64,000 nucleotides of DNA from Chrysomallon squamiferum (Eukaryota; Animalia; Mollusca). The stretch is taken from contig CM022669.1 in NCBI GenBank assembly GCA_012295275.1, forward strand, positions 6,510,001 to 6,574,000, read 5' to 3'. The notes below the pieces were generated by a model, which was given only the letters and a program-made list of their open reading frames with translations, was not told where the DNA came from and ran no database searches. Made by a program: the position numbers and the translations under genes. This document shows positions 13,025 through 28,027 of the stretch, one piece after another (the stretch's first letter is position 1; each line of letters starts with the position of its first letter).

Positions 13025-16000
13025 CTATATGACTGAAGGCTGAGTTATAGATTTGGTTCATAAATTTAGGGCACCGCCATTGATGAATGCATTGTTATTT
13101 ATCCATTTCATCCAGTATTTCATAACTGGTTTGTCCAGTGTTTTTTAGCTGACCTAGATGGTGCACATGAAAAAATAAATAAAAATAAAACAAAACTTGT
13201 TTGATGTATTATAATTACCTAGTAGTGATTTTGTAAAGTCATTTCTAAAAAATTTCTACCATCATACATTTTTTCTTTAGTAACAGCCAGCATTGTTTCA
13301 TATCTTATCCTATGTTTGTGATCTTGATGTGGTTTTAAATGTCTAGAAATTACAATTGTTGATGTTACTTTGCCTGTAAAAAGGTGTGGCTACATTTTTG
13401 TCTTGTTCACAAGAACTAAAGTCAAAAAGAGACATTGTTAATCACTGTAAAACTACAGATAGCTATAAATAGAAAATTAATCTTTTTCCTCTCATACTCT
13501 CTCTGTGTGTATACACAAACATACAAAACAAAAATTTGCTTTTATGACTAATAAGAACAAAAATTTCAGATAAACTTGATTGATAAAACATTTATGAAGA
13601 TCAGTTTGACAATAGCCATTGGGAAGTAAATTATTTTATATATTTTTTGGACCAAAGTAGGACAGGTATCGGTTTTAGACAAGCTTGACAACACATAGCA
13701 TACATACTTGTGGACAACTGGCCTATTTTTAGTATGTTATGGGAGTTAACTCACTGCTTTAATTATCTGAATGCACTAAGCATGGACATGACCAGTTTAA
13801 TGATGAGTGATGGCTTTTTGTTTCATATTAACAACCTCTTGATGGATTTACATCTACAGCAGCAAACATGATGGTTTGATTAACAATTTTTCAATGTTTT
13901 CATTGGGATACTTCATATCCAAACATTACTCCATGGATATACATCAAAGGCTGCTTTACAGGGACAAGACCAATTATCTGGCATCCTGAAATCAGGAAAG
14001 ACCAGAAAACAGGAGGTTTTTTCCCCAGTGCTATTTTCATAGTTCTCGCATGCAGATTTTGTCCTCACCAGACTGGAACTACTGTTTCAAGCCGAGTGGA
14101 TTTATTTATTATCTAGCTGCATTGTTTGCATGTCAAGTCGCCACAGTTGTTTATCGTCAGTTTTCTTTGTTTTTAATTTTAAAATGTTTATGCCTAATTC
14201 TTTATGTATTTAAATGCTTTGGTACCAGAAATCCAGAATGCCCCAGGCCTGAAGGAGTCCAGATAATTGGTCCAGTACCTGTATGTAGTTACATGAAATC
14301 AAGACATCTCATGCTGCCAACTGCAAACATAAATACACGTTCATATTATTTATTAACTTCTGATGTTTTGTTTCTGATTTTATGTTTCATTATTTGAGAT
14401 AAATAACAAAACATATACACTCCATGAATATTTTATTTTTATATTAGGACAAATTTCAGATTGAGCTGTTTATTATTAACTCTTTCATAATGTGGCAATA
14501 CACCCTAAACAAAGTTCAACAGGATTTTTTTTTTTTTTTTTTTTTGTAAATTAATGCTGGTAAGTTAATTTGTATGAGAGTGACAGAATGTAATTAGGTT
14601 TGACCATTGGCTTTGTAGTGTCACCTGTACAGTATGTTAAACAGGTGAAAATAGGTCAACGTTCACTGATTAAAACAGCTCATTTTTAGAACTCATTTAC
14701 TTTTTTGTGTGCTGTTAAGTACAGGAGCTATGTAGTCTCTGTGTATACGTGCAATTATTTGTCTATAAATTGTATATTTTTTAAATGTGTTATTTTAATA
14801 ACAATATTTTACTTCTCTTATTTTATAGGTTAGAATCTTGGCCAGGCATGCATGAATAGAAATGATCAAATAGTAAATTTATAATTTTGATATATAAATA
14901 GAAAGATAAATAAAATAAATATACATTTTTTAGAATTATCTTTGGGAAATTCAAAGATATTCAGTCTTTATGTATGAATAGATATTTTTCACTGGTTTTA
15001 AATCCAAGTGTTTATAATGTCAACACAACTGTCTTCTTCTTCATTCACTCTTAACCTTTCACAAAAAGTTTAATATAGCTACAGCCTGGCCACTTGTGTT
15101 CTGTTAATTGTGTACATATTGCTTGCACTGTCCATATGCAAGTTCTCTGAAAAAGCAAATCCCACCTTTCTTTAATCTGATGGCTAAAATAAATAGGTGA
15201 AGTTTTTTTCTACACTACTATCGAGAACAGGGAAACTTACTTTGTGACTATTTTTGCTGATTTTTGTTTTCTTCTTCTCTCTTTTTCTCTCTTTTTAAAT
15301 ACAGAAGAAAAGAGAAATTTGATTAAAACATATATTTACAAATCAATGAAAATCTAAGTACATCAAATCTGTCAGTAAATTTAAGCCATGTGTTTTGTAT
15401 TATTGTCATGGCAACAAACCTAATATGGCTGCCTGACATTCCAGTGACAGTGAGTAATACTGGTGATGTGGCAAACTTCCTGTGATGTGTAGCGGGAAAT
15501 AAATAATTATCTGGTTTAACAGCTTTATAGTAAATCATTTATGTTTTCTTAGGAAATGCTTACACATTATGAATGGAATACAGAATCTATATATGGAAAT
15601 ACAGTTATTTACACACATACATACCTATACTATGTTGTATAGTTTTTATGGTTTATGTTTTGTTTACAAAGGATATTATATTACCAAAAATAAATATTTT
15701 TTATTTATTATTGAACATGCTTGATATATCAAATAATTATATTTGAGTTACTTAAAATTAACATTTGATTCAAAATATATTTGTCTTGTATTATATATAC
15801 ATATACAGTAAATAGGATATGTAATGTACCTCAGTTAATGGTTATGATATTGCTCAAGGAATTTGTTGGGTCATATTATTTTTCCTTAGTGAGTTTAGGT
15901 AATTATTTTTCATTCCAGTTTGCAACAGGTTTCTTACAATTAAAGCCTAAAATGAATTTTTACTTGGGAAAATAAATATAAAAGATTCCAGTCTGCAAAC

Positions 16001-17602
16001 AGGATCAAACCATGGTTCATAGCTCATTCGTGGACACACCTGATGTTTGAACACCTGTACATTTTTAATGACTTAATCTATGAATGTCAGTTACAGATGT
16101 CATCAGATCATTTATCCAGCTTCCAAAAAACCCTACTCTACAACTGTATTTATATAGTTAGGTACAGTTTCATTATTTTTTCCTTCTCTATTTTTTATAT
16201 TAAAATGAAAATGGAAAACCCAGAAATTCAGGTCTGTTGAATTTCAAGCTTGGTAGACAAATAGTCTACATCATTTGTTGTTACCAGAACTGAGTTTTTG
16301 TCATCAGTTACTTTGCTGTTATGCTCCTAAAGAGCCTAATTTTGATTCAGTTCCTGTCATGATAACACATTTTCTCTGGTAAACTGCATTTAAACAATTC
16401 TTCAAGGTAAATGCCAGTAAGCTCTTTCCTCTAAGTACTGTAATTATGTCTGATTTGTGAAATGTTTTAACACAAATATGTCAGTGGTTTCCAATATCAT
16501 TAAACAAAACAAATTTAAACACATTATCTTACAACTTTGAAAACAGACCCCCAGCTGTTGAATATATTTTGAAGGAATGGTGATATTTTATGCCTTTGTT
16601 TTCTTGCAGTCACATTATCCATAAGAATAAAAGATTTGAATTTTTTTTATATAAATGCTTAGTGCGGTTTTTATGACAGTCTGGTTGTAACTATATGTTC
16701 ATTTAACCATGAACTTGTCATTGAGTTGACCTTATGTTGAATTTTCTCACTTTGTGTCAGTAAGATTTTATCAACATCAAGCCTGCTTGCTTTGTGTAGA
16801 GACGGTTAATGTTACAAATGATGTGTACTTGTACATAATGTTTTTTTGTTTTTAAGGTGACTGGTGTGGGTGTGTGTTTAAGAATGTGCATATGAAAGTT
16901 TCATTGTTGTTAATTGATAAACTGAGCCTATGTGATAGCAGTTGATTTTCTCTTCCGTACTGTGATGTATCAAAGTATCATTAAATGAAACCAAACAAAA
17001 GGAAGTTTTGCACAGATTATAAATCAGAGTAAATATCATTACGTTTGTCCTTTCTGTTTGTGTTAGGTCTATGTTATACTTTGTGAATGGTATTGTTGTT
17101 CTTTATCAAATCTAGCCCAGGTTATACTTTGTGAATGGTATTGTTGTTCTTTATCAAATCTAGCCCATAAACAGATTTCTCCTATATTAAGTTGAGGTTA
17201 TATTTTATTAGTTTTGCCCTTTGCTCAAGTCAAAATGGTTTGTTCAAAAGAATCATGTGTAACCACATTTTATACTGTCTTAAACGATATCTTAGACAAC
17301 ATTCTTTTAATGTGCATTTTCTGTTTTTACATTTAGTCCAATATATCATTTTTTTTTTCCTGGTTTCTTTGTGCTAAGTATTCTCTGACCTTCTTTAGAA
17401 ATGACATTTTATTGATATTTTTGAATGGCAGCTCGATTCATAGGATTCTTACACTGCAATTCTTATTCATACACAGATCAAGCATAAACCGATTTTATAA
17501 ATGTATTAAGGAAAAGCAGATTTTATTTTATGAATGTTGAAATGAATAAATGAATATTTGTCATGACACATAAATATACATTATAATGACATTATAATGA
17601 CA

Positions 17603-17651
<49 letters not shown>

Positions 17652-19729
17652 ACTGACATCTTAAGAGAAGAAACTGGTTACTGTCATTCCAGAAAACAGT
17701 TGTTACTAATAAGCAGTAACGGATCTTTTATTTTCTTGATAAAATGTGGCCTTTGATAAAATAAGTGTGCTGTGCCATGAGTGGAATGGGAAAAAGGTCC
17801 TGAAAGTGTGACCCACAATGCTTAAATCTAGCATATCTGTGTGATTATTTGTTTTGTAATGGACTCCAGAGAATCTTCTGTGAATAAAGAATGATGATAA
17901 ATGCTAGTTATTTTCTTTTACTTTATTATTGGTTAAAAAAACCTGAAACAAAATGACAGCAAAATGTATTAATTTTTTTATGATTATTTGTTTTTCCACA
18001 AATGGGCCACTTACAGTAATAAAAAAATATATAGTCTACATTTAATCATTTTCTTGAATAATTCTGCATTTAATATTTTTATGTATTGTCAAACACATTT
18101 TAATTATCAATGGTTCAGTATATCTGTATGTTGTATTGTTAAAAAAGGTTTATTTAGAATAATGTCTGCTCAACATAGAGTAGGACATTTATTGCTGGAG
18201 ATGTATGAGCTTGAATTTTTTCTAATATCTTGTAGTGTCCCTATTTAACTGGCACCAGAGTGTAGTTTTCACGATGTTGCTGTAGTAATAAATATGTAAT
18301 TTCTGACTTAAATAGTCATTAAAAATAAAGTTTTGTAGTTTTGTTACATTCCAAAAAGAAATGGGAGAGGTAATGCCAAATTTTTAAAGAATATTTAAAA
18401 AGTGTCTTTAATAGTTAATTTACAATTATTTGTTGAACATCACTATTGGTTAATACAGAGATTATATTACAGAATGATGGTTACATTAAAAAGGAACATC
18501 TACTTTATATAATATTTATTTAAACAAATCACACTGATTCTGTTTTTTTTATTATTATTATTATTAATTTGCATACATGCATAATAGGTGTCAAATCACG
18601 GAAATGCAAGATGTGAAAAATTATATACCTGTGTAAAAGTGCTGGTTGGAATGGTAATTCATGTTTTGTTTTATTCTCCAGGTATCTCAAAAAAGACAGA
18701 GACTATCAGAATCTTGAGAAAAAAGTTTTTGCTTTAGAAGCCCAAATTGCAGAACTTCAGGCAAAACTTGGAGAAAATGAAGCAAGGAAAAAACAACTGG
18801 AGAAAGAAAATGCAGTAAGTCTCATTCAACATTTTGAAAAATGTATTTAACCACATAGAGGACTGAACATTTTAAATGATTGTGTTTTTTGTTATTATTA
18901 TGTGGTGATATGGGATTTTTTTCATTAACATGCATACATCCATTATCTGTACAACTAGTAATAAAGACAGTAGCTTAGCCACTAGGTCAGTGGTGGCAAA
19001 ACTATGACACGCATGTCAGCAGTGACATGCAAGGGCATTTTAACACTGATACCTTGGACATTGATTTAATAAATCCTTGAATATTTTTGGTCACATAATT
19101 TAAAAGTTAAACGAAGAGAATTAAAAGTGATACAAAATAGCATTTTATATTGTACAACATAGCATATATATTCATATACTTGTGTGTTAAAATCATAATG
19201 TAATATACCATTTAACAACATAAGTGACACATGGTGATGTAAAAATGACTAAGATATAAAAGTATTGACATGCCTAGCATCAAAGTTTTGAAACAACTGC
19301 ACTAAGTTGTAAAAGTTCTGAATATATATTTTTTGAAGATATTTTCATTATCACTCTTTAGGATATTTCTTACTCCATATTTAAACTATTCAAATTTTTC
19401 TGTAAAAACTTCTTGTATAGCATTTAATTGTCAGTTCATTTTCTGTTCAGTACTCAGTAGTTGATGTACTTTTTATTATTATTATTTATTTTAAAATTCC
19501 TTTTATATCTGTAACAGAATCTGCGAGGCGATCTTGCAGCAGCAGAAAAGCAGCTAGCAAAACTGAGAAAACAGTTGGAAGAGGAAACACTGAAGGCAGC
19601 CGATCTTGAAAATCGTGTACAAAGCTTGAAAGAGGATCTTGCTTTTAAATGTTCAGTGTTTGAACAGGTATGTATACCAGCTCCAAAAAACCTCCAAATA
19701 AAAACATTAAAAATTGTTGAGGGAGGGGG

Positions 19730-19787
<58 letters not shown>

Positions 19788-21122
19788 GTGTGTTAGTGTG
19801 TTAATTCAGGAAGTTATCAATGTTCATTTCATGTTTATTGCATTGATTTAAGATATCTCTCAATTAAACATGTAAGTAAAAGATGCTAGCTTTACCAAAA
19901 ATTGTGATATCTTGCTTTGTTTAATTTCTTTCTAATATTACATTCTTAAAACTAATTTTTTGATGCTAATATTACATGATTCTTCTACTTAAATGAACCT
20001 TTTATTATAATATTATTACTAAATCGAGTATTACTCAAACTTGTACTGCTGTTAGTATTATTTAAACAAGAACTTAAGTGATAACTGCATATTGTCATTA
20101 CTGTTATTAACTGTTGTTTGCAGCAACTAGAAGAAAGTAGAATTCGGACCACCACTGAGTTGGAACAAGTAGATGGACGACTACAGGAAGAATATGAAGC
20201 CAAACTGTTGGATGCTCTGCGAGAAATGCGTGAAGTCCATGAAGAAGAGCTGAAGGCAATGAAACTTGAACTTGAAATTCTGTACGAGACCAAGGTAATG
20301 TTTATTTTCCATTTTTATCTTTTTGTTTTAAAAACTAGAACTTAAAATTCTGTTTAAGAGCAAGTTAATTTTTTTTTTTTTTCTTCTAATTTCTCCGTTT
20401 TGGGGGTTTAAAAACTAGTTCATTGGAACTTAAAATGGAGTTAGAGAGCTAGTTAATATTTATTAATTTTTTTAAATTTTTTATTTTCACTCCTTTTCTT
20501 TCTATATTTTAGTTACTTGCTCTGTGGTTTCACACACTGAAATATTTCTTGATCCAGTATAAAGTTACAAAAACAAATTGCACAGTTTGGAAGTCATATT
20601 ACCTCAGCATTATCAACTTGCAACTTCAGAGAGTCCACATAATAGTTTAAATATTCTCCTGATCAACATTTCTAAAAAAACATACAACTACTGCAAATAC
20701 ATCAACTAGAAAAGTATTCCTTGTTTTAGTTTTATAATTCATTACATAAATAATATTTTGGTTTTTTACAGATAAATGAGCTGCAGACACAGGTGGACAG
20801 AACTGGGGCCTCAGCTGGTACAGCTTGGGAGGAACTCAGACAGACCCGGGCCAAGTTTGATGATATTTCTGCCGAACTGGCCAAACTGAGGTCAGAGGTA
20901 AGCATTAAATAAATAAATAAGTAAATAAGTGGATTGAAGAATGAATATTATTTTCTATTTATTTAGTTATAAAACATTACTGTGACTTTTTAGAAAGTTT
21001 CCTAGACACAAAAACCTTTTTCATGACAGAGGAGAAATAATTAAAAAGTTGTAAATGTTGCAGTCACCATTTTTATCATTATGTTTTGTTTTTACTTTAT
21101 TTTATTTTATTATTTCATTCTA

Positions 21123-21153
<31 letters not shown>

Positions 21154-23599
21154 GTATTTTACTTTTTTTTTTTTATTATATTATTATTATTATTAAATTT
21201 TTGTTATTAATTTTTTTTATTATTAATTTTTTATATATATTTTAATGGTTGAGGAAAAAAAACAACCTAAAAAACAACAAGCATAATGACACTCAAAATA
21301 TATGCAATACCTTAGCAATGCTCAGCACAGAACTTGGTTATGTTGGGAAAAGACCAGAATATTACATTCATATTTAAATTTCAGAGACACACATTTTACG
21401 TGCCTAGTGTCAAACAAAGAGTAAAGTTAGTTTGGGAAATAGCCTCAGTAATTTTTTTATTTGCATCTTACTACAGCAAAAGGATAATGATAAAGGTGTC
21501 TTCCCATCTGGTAGAATTCCCAGTTCATATAATTCCCATTTCGTAGAAAAAACTCAACTACTGCAATACCTGATTACCTCTGTATATAATGAACTTGGCC
21601 TGTATATACATCTGGTTTCCTTCTAGCATTCAGAGGCGGAGCTCACTGTTCCTAAATCAATTATGTAACATCAACTGAAAGCAGAATAAGCGTTCATTTT
21701 TGTTGTAGATTTTTTCCTTTTTCATTATTATCATCATCATCTTCCTCCTCTTCATTTTCATCATCATAATCATTATCATCAACATTATTATTATTATTAT
21801 ATTATTACTATTATTATTATTGTTGTTGTTATTGTTATTCTTATTATTTAAGCTGGTCATTTCTAATTCATAAACATTTCCTTTCCGTTACAAAACAACC
21901 AACCAGTAATAAATTGTATCCATTTGCATCATTTATTTCGAGCAATTAACTAATAAATTTCTGTTTATATAATTTGTAAAGAAAAAAGGTTGTTAAAGCG
22001 GGATATCGTTAAACAAGATATTACTCTATTTATACAATAATAATCACTTTCCAAATAATCTGGAATAGTTCATTATAATGACTGAGGTAAAACCAAGTAT
22101 GTAAATAAGACCACTGAACCACATTTAGCCTTTCGATGAAATGGGAATTCTACCAGATGGGAGTAATCCATGATAACTACATATTTGAGATCTGGAGCAT
22201 AAATTTTTTGGCAAATGACCACATGTTTTACTCCATACATAATAATAATTTTGCATAGGTGTGTGTGTGTGTCCACACACATACAAATAATTTTTGATAA
22301 TTAACAACAACAACAAAAAAACATCCTGCTCAAAATAGCACATTTGCCCTAGATACCTGTGACCTAATTAAACAATGTTAAAGGCATAATTGTGTTGTAT
22401 TTTACATGTCTGTGTTACATTATGGACTAGGACATTTCATTAGCGATAATGTACTGAAGCTTTATTGACATACGGCTAACAGTAAAACCAGATGTAACAG
22501 TTTGTCACCTGATAAATAATTAATGAACACTGCAATGTGTGCATTGGATTTTGTACAAAAACAAACTGTTGTATCATGGTTGTCGTTGTATGATTCTGTC
22601 CTGGTTATAAACTAGTTGTCAGGAAAGATGTATTCCTTTGTTTCACGTCCCATGAAACCAGGGACTTCCTATATGAAACTAGTTACAGGGGAGATAATTG
22701 CCGAGGTAAAAGATTAATGTTTTAAATTATTTAACTTGGTTTCAGTTTTTTTATTTTATTATATTTAAATAATTTGATGCCATTAATATTTACCATTTTC
22801 TTTTATTTCATGTTAGATCATCTTTTTCACTATACATATAATTTAGCTGCATTGCACCTTTCAAATTTATTTATTTATTTTTTAATTTGCATTTGTCATT
22901 GTAAAATTTTATGGTAGATAACTATTCACTTATCTTCCATTATTTACATGTGAAAAGTTTGCATAATAAACAGGTGTCATTTTCAAACAGTCCTCACTTG
23001 TTTTCATCAGTAAATTAATTATTTACTAACCAGTAAAGGAGGGACAGAATAATGATCATAAACATCAGCATCCATCAGAAAATAAGAAATAGAAATTAAT
23101 CTTACGCAGTTTCAGTTATTTGTAAAATAAAATCTGAGTTACAGGTCCATTTCTGTGTTTGTAATTAAATATTAAAATAAATTTATGAATTCACAATTAT
23201 GAACTAAGATTATTTTCTGTATTACCTCCTCAATTTCAATCTTCCTTTCAACATTCTCCTTAAAACTGTTTCTTTTCCTCTTTATTTTTTATCTTATTTT
23301 ATTTTATTTTTGTTTATTTTTTTTTATTTTTTTTATTAGAAATGAAGTACTCATTTCAGGGATCAGCATTGTTGTTTCAGTTTTCTAATTATTATTAAGC
23401 TTCTATAAGAAACTGGCAAACATGTGGTATCTGACTGTTTCCCCCCCCTTGGGATTTTCTTGCATTTTGTACTCAGAAATAGTAAAATTAGGCTGGTACA
23501 TTACTTTAATTATATTTACATATTTCCCTTGATAACAATAAACTGTATCTAGGTTACCAGAAAAATACTTAATGTGTTTTTACATGCTCTCTCTCTCTG

Positions 23600-23646
<47 letters not shown>

Positions 23647-26070
23647 CACTGTTTTCAAGGAGTAACTAAAGTTATTACAAACATTTGTGTCAGCTAACAT
23701 ACACAGTTTGAATTAAACCTTTTCTCATTGGTTGAGATACATAAAACTAGTCAAGCATTACATTTTCATTGAAGGACACTAATGATAGTGCAAGTAGCCC
23801 ACATTTGTTATCGGTAGAAATATATATTACTTCTAATTTCTTTTTTAAAATATCAAGATTACATACTTTTGACAAGCACAAGAAAATGTCAAGAAAACTT
23901 TGTACTGTTGGTATTTTATTATATAGCTTTTTCTGTTTATTTAATTAGTTCCACTTTTAAAAATGGAGTTGCCTCCCTCTTTTAATTTGTTTAGTTTATG
24001 GACACCTTGATTGCTATTCCTTTTTTTTTTTTTCTATTCTCAAATTGAAATATGTTTTATTCATATAATGACTGATTCACATAATTTACCTAGCAGTCAT
24101 TCTCAGTATATAATTAATTTTAAAATGTGTGAATAATTAAAGATTAGCGACAGACATTAAATATTATACAATTAAAACAAATTGAGTGATCAGATTAATT
24201 TTTCTGATTTGAACTAAAGTGATAAAACTCTAATTGTGGATTTATTATTCATTTTTTAAATTTTTATTATTTTTTATTTTTTTTTTTTCAATTTCACTAA
24301 CTGGTAAATAATAAAAGATTTTTTTTTAAAAAAAAAAAATTTATTATATTTATTTATTTAAATTCAGTTATTTTTTTGAATACTATTACCTGACAAAATT
24401 TATTTTATATTTAATATAACAACAATAAAAAGTTGTTTAAAATTTTTAAAAATATTTCCAGCATGCAGCCTGTTCAGCACGCATTGAGGACCTCGAATCT
24501 CAGTTGACACGGGAACGAGAAGAAGCTCTTATTCGAATTCAAGCTAAAGATGCTGAACTTGCCGAACTGCGAACCACACTGGATGAAGAGAGGATGGAGT
24601 ACGCTGACCTCATGGACACTAAAATCAAACTGGACCGTGAAATTGATGCCTACAGAAAATTGTTGGAAGGAGAGGAGGCCAGGTAATTGTGTGGAAGTTT
24701 TTCAACTAAGCATCAGCTAAAAGGCTTTACCTAATTATGTACCTGTGTTTTTTGTTTTATTTTTATATCCCAGGAAATTAGATTATATGTTTGTTGGTGT
24801 GCTCTAATCCTAAAAAGTTAATCCCATCAAAAACGGTCAGATCTGATGTTGGTTTTAGTTTAAGAAACTTGTTTTTTTTCAATTATTGAGCTGTCAAAAA
24901 CAGGAGTTATAAAGAATGGAGAGTAATTCTTCCAAGGAAAATTCACATTAATTGGATTCAAATAAACAAATAGTATAGTCATAGGGCAAAGTAAACATTT
25001 CGTTTTCTTAATTTTTATTTTTATTTTTTTTCTTATTCTCCAGCAGGAAATGGTGATCTATTTATGTAGAGTGTTTTTTATTGCCTTCTTTTATGATTAT
25101 TTATTTTTGATATCATTTTCAGACTGAACATTTCTTTGGAGACATCTCAGTCTTCATTCAAACAGACCCCAAGTAAATCTCGTGGTGCCAAGCGCAAGAG
25201 AATGACAGAAGAGGAATTTTCTGAGGAATCTAGTGGTTACACAGTATCAGGGACGGCTAAAGGAGGCGTGTATGTGAAAGAGGTGGATCAAGATGGAAAA
25301 TTCATCAAGTTGCATAACAAAAGCAAAAAGGTTAGTCACATGATGATTGATCTGAACGTTAATCAAAGTGAAAATGAGAGAAAATGATCAATTGCTATTC
25401 TGTGTTTTGATACAATTCCACTTACAGTTTTAATGGAATCCCAATATTTCATAACCTTATTCTGTTATGTTTGTTATATCAGTAACATTTTAGGCTGTAC
25501 TTCCATTAGTCAGAATTTTATAGTAATGATGGAGAGTAGGTTTCCTTTCTAGTATTAATATGACTACTGACAATTAACAATAAAATATTCCTGAATTAAT
25601 TATAATATATGTTTAACTGTTGTTCCTCAATTTATTAAATATATATTTAAAAAATGTAATTTTTTTTACCCCTTACAACTATTAACAATAGAATGCTATT
25701 CCTTAAGTTATTTATTTTAAATAAAATAATACATTTTTTTTTTACATATCATAATCATTAAGATCCTCAATGTACTTGTTGCAAACTAAATCTTATTTTT
25801 ACAGGAGGTACACATAGGAGGGTGGCAGCTAAAACATGTGGCTGGAGATAAAGAAACTGTTTTTAAATTCCACCGCACGGTGAAGTGTGAACCTGATGGT
25901 TATGTCACTGTAAGTCACTTATATTACATAATAACTGTAAATGATACAATAATATACATCTGATTTCTTTAAAAACTTATATATACAAAAAAATTTTCTT
26001 ATTTTTCTAAATTCTGTTTATAAGATAACTTATTAACAGAAGTTTGTTGTTTTATATTTATAGGTATGTA

Positions 26071-26105
<35 letters not shown>

Positions 26106-27552
26106 TTGAATGAGCTATAATAAAAATATTTTAGTTCAGTTCTGATTTGAGTGAGAATTCTTCTTGGAGATTTGTGTCATCCAGTGTTTTCATGATGAAA
26201 ATATTTTATAAATGTCAATTTTATATGCATTAATACTTGTATGTTGTCATCTAAATACTACATTTTATTCAAAACTGAATTGTTCTGTTTCAAAATCTAA
26301 ACCCTCTACTTCATAATAATAATAATAATAATAAATATATTTATTATCATTTAGATATTGACTTATTTATCATCTTAAAATAAAAAAGAATAAAATCTTG
26401 TAACTGTTGAATTTTATCAAACAGGTTTGGAGCTCAGACACTGAAACAACCCACAACCCTCCTACTGATATAGTCATGAAAGAACAGCGCTGGTTTATAA
26501 GCAACACAATGACCACTTCTCTACTGAGTAAAGAAGAGGTATGTAACACATCTTAGTTGTACAGTTACTTGGAGGTTCCTTCTTCCTTGATCCAGCTCTT
26601 GGCTTTAACCTGTTCCAGGATGAGTTTGTTCATTTTGAAATTCAACATCAAATCAGCAATAAAGTCTCAAAAAGAACTTTCCATTTTGCACTCAGAAATG
26701 TCATTCATGATTCAGTGATAATAAGGGAGGGAGAACAAAAATGTAATGCTAAAAATCCAGTCTGAATCTAAGAATATCTTTCAAACCACACTGACACTGA
26801 ATTTGATTTCTCTAAGGTATCTTTTTAAGAATGCAAAGACAACAGAAAAAAAAGTTGTTCATGTTGAAATGTTCTTAATTAATCTTCAGTGTAGATAGAA
26901 CTAATCTGCCAATAAAATTATTTTGTTTTATTAATGATTTTTATTCTCATATATTTTATTCTTTTAATATTATTTGATTGAATTTTATGTTTCTAAGCAA
27001 TATATTTTAAAAAGTATATCTGTTTTAGTCATTTATTGTTGTCGCTGTCATAATTATTATGTCGTTGTTGGTTGGTTGGTTTGTTTGTTTATTTTTTTAT
27101 TATTATTATTATTTTAAATATTATTAGTATATTATTTTTATTATTATGTTTCTGCAGGAAATGGCTAAACTAGAAATGAGTAAAGCAGCAATGAAGATGT
27201 CAACATCATACCGGTCCAGTGGACTCTCACAGCAAGAAAGACTGGGTCACAGCCGACTTGGAACACACGCCTTAGAGGAGGTAACTTAGCTTTATAGAAA
27301 CCAGTTTACTTTTCCCTCTTTTTATGAATAATGTAATTTCATTTCATTGATTCTGAGATAGAGAAGGACATAAAAATATGACAATATTTCGATAGAGTAT
27401 TTATTCACAGGGAAACAGATGTGCATGGGATTTCACAATAAAATGTTCTTACATTATTTTCATTTTAAATGTAATGGTATGTTAAAATGCTGTATTATAA
27501 TATACATTTTTTTCTTTATCAGGGAGACAGAGAGAAATGCATAATAATGTAA
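11958..27552 (+). CDS. LMNB: Nuclear lamin, B-type (single invertebrate lamin), 11 exons, 594 aa
   Basis: Exons: 11958-12361, 18682-18814, 19518-19667, 20124-20294, 20772-20897, 24462-24682, 25123-25330, 25805-25909, 26425-26538, 27158-27280, 27523-27552. All introns are GT-AG and the phases close (1785 nt). Motifs: CDK site SPARLSR, coil 1[24 protein letters not shown], rod end [23 protein letters not shown], Ig/LTD (IGGWQLK, VTVWS) and CaaX CIIM*. Confidence 0.97.
13959..14281. mobile_element. ~320-bp TA-flanked MITE (Tc1/mariner-pogo type) in lamin intron 1
   Basis: Left end TA|CAGGGACAAGACCAATTATCTGG; reverse complement of right end TA|CAGGTACTGGACCAATTATCTGG. The TIRs are 20/23 identical with a TA target duplication. 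Confidence 0.75.
17073..17167. repeat. Perfect 47-bp tandem duplication (period 48)
   Basis: gttatactttgtgaatggtattgttgttctttatcaaatctagccca occurs at 17073-17119 and 17121-17167. Confidence 0.92.
18988..19299. mobile_element. 312-bp hAT (Charlie-like) MITE in lamin intron 2
   Basis: TIRs are CAGTGGTGGCAAAACT and, in reverse complement, CAGTTGTTTCAAAACT. The 8-bp TSD is cactaggt (18980-18987) vs cactaagt (19300-19307). Confidence 0.8.
21502..22162. repeat. 21-bp perfect inverted repeat pair in lamin intron 5 (likely DNA-transposon remnant)
   Basis: tcccatctggtagaattccca at 21502-21522 and its reverse complement at 22142-22162. Confidence 0.7.
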
Positions 27553-27987
27553 CATCTACCTCATATCATCAGGAGGAGCCTTGAAGGGAGCAAGAAGACA
27601 ACGTACACCTTTGATTGCCATTTAAAAATCATTTTTCATTTAACATGTGATGTACTTGAAACATTTCCTAGTTTGGATGGCTGTTTTTGCCCACTGAACA
27701 CATGGACCAAGTTGCCTGTTAAACGGTGCTCTGTTAGGCTTGGTTGTGCTTATCTTAAGTTAGTGTTTTTTAAAATCAACCCAATCAAATAGATCTTTAT
27801 ATGTTTCTCTTAGCTCTTACAATTATGAAGGTTTTTATTATTATTGTTATTATTATTTTATTTATATTTGAATAACAGCTGTTTTAAAATACAGAAATGA
27901 TACCACTGATGTATTTCTGTGTTTGAATGAAGACAAATTATATTTAATCAGATGATAAATAAGTCAATATCTAACTGATAATAAATA

Positions 27988-28027
<40 letters not shown>

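Noticed and set aside
14050-14397. 115-aa ORF in lamin intron 1
   Set aside because: It largely overlaps the TA-flanked MITE and has no protein-like motif or transposase signature.
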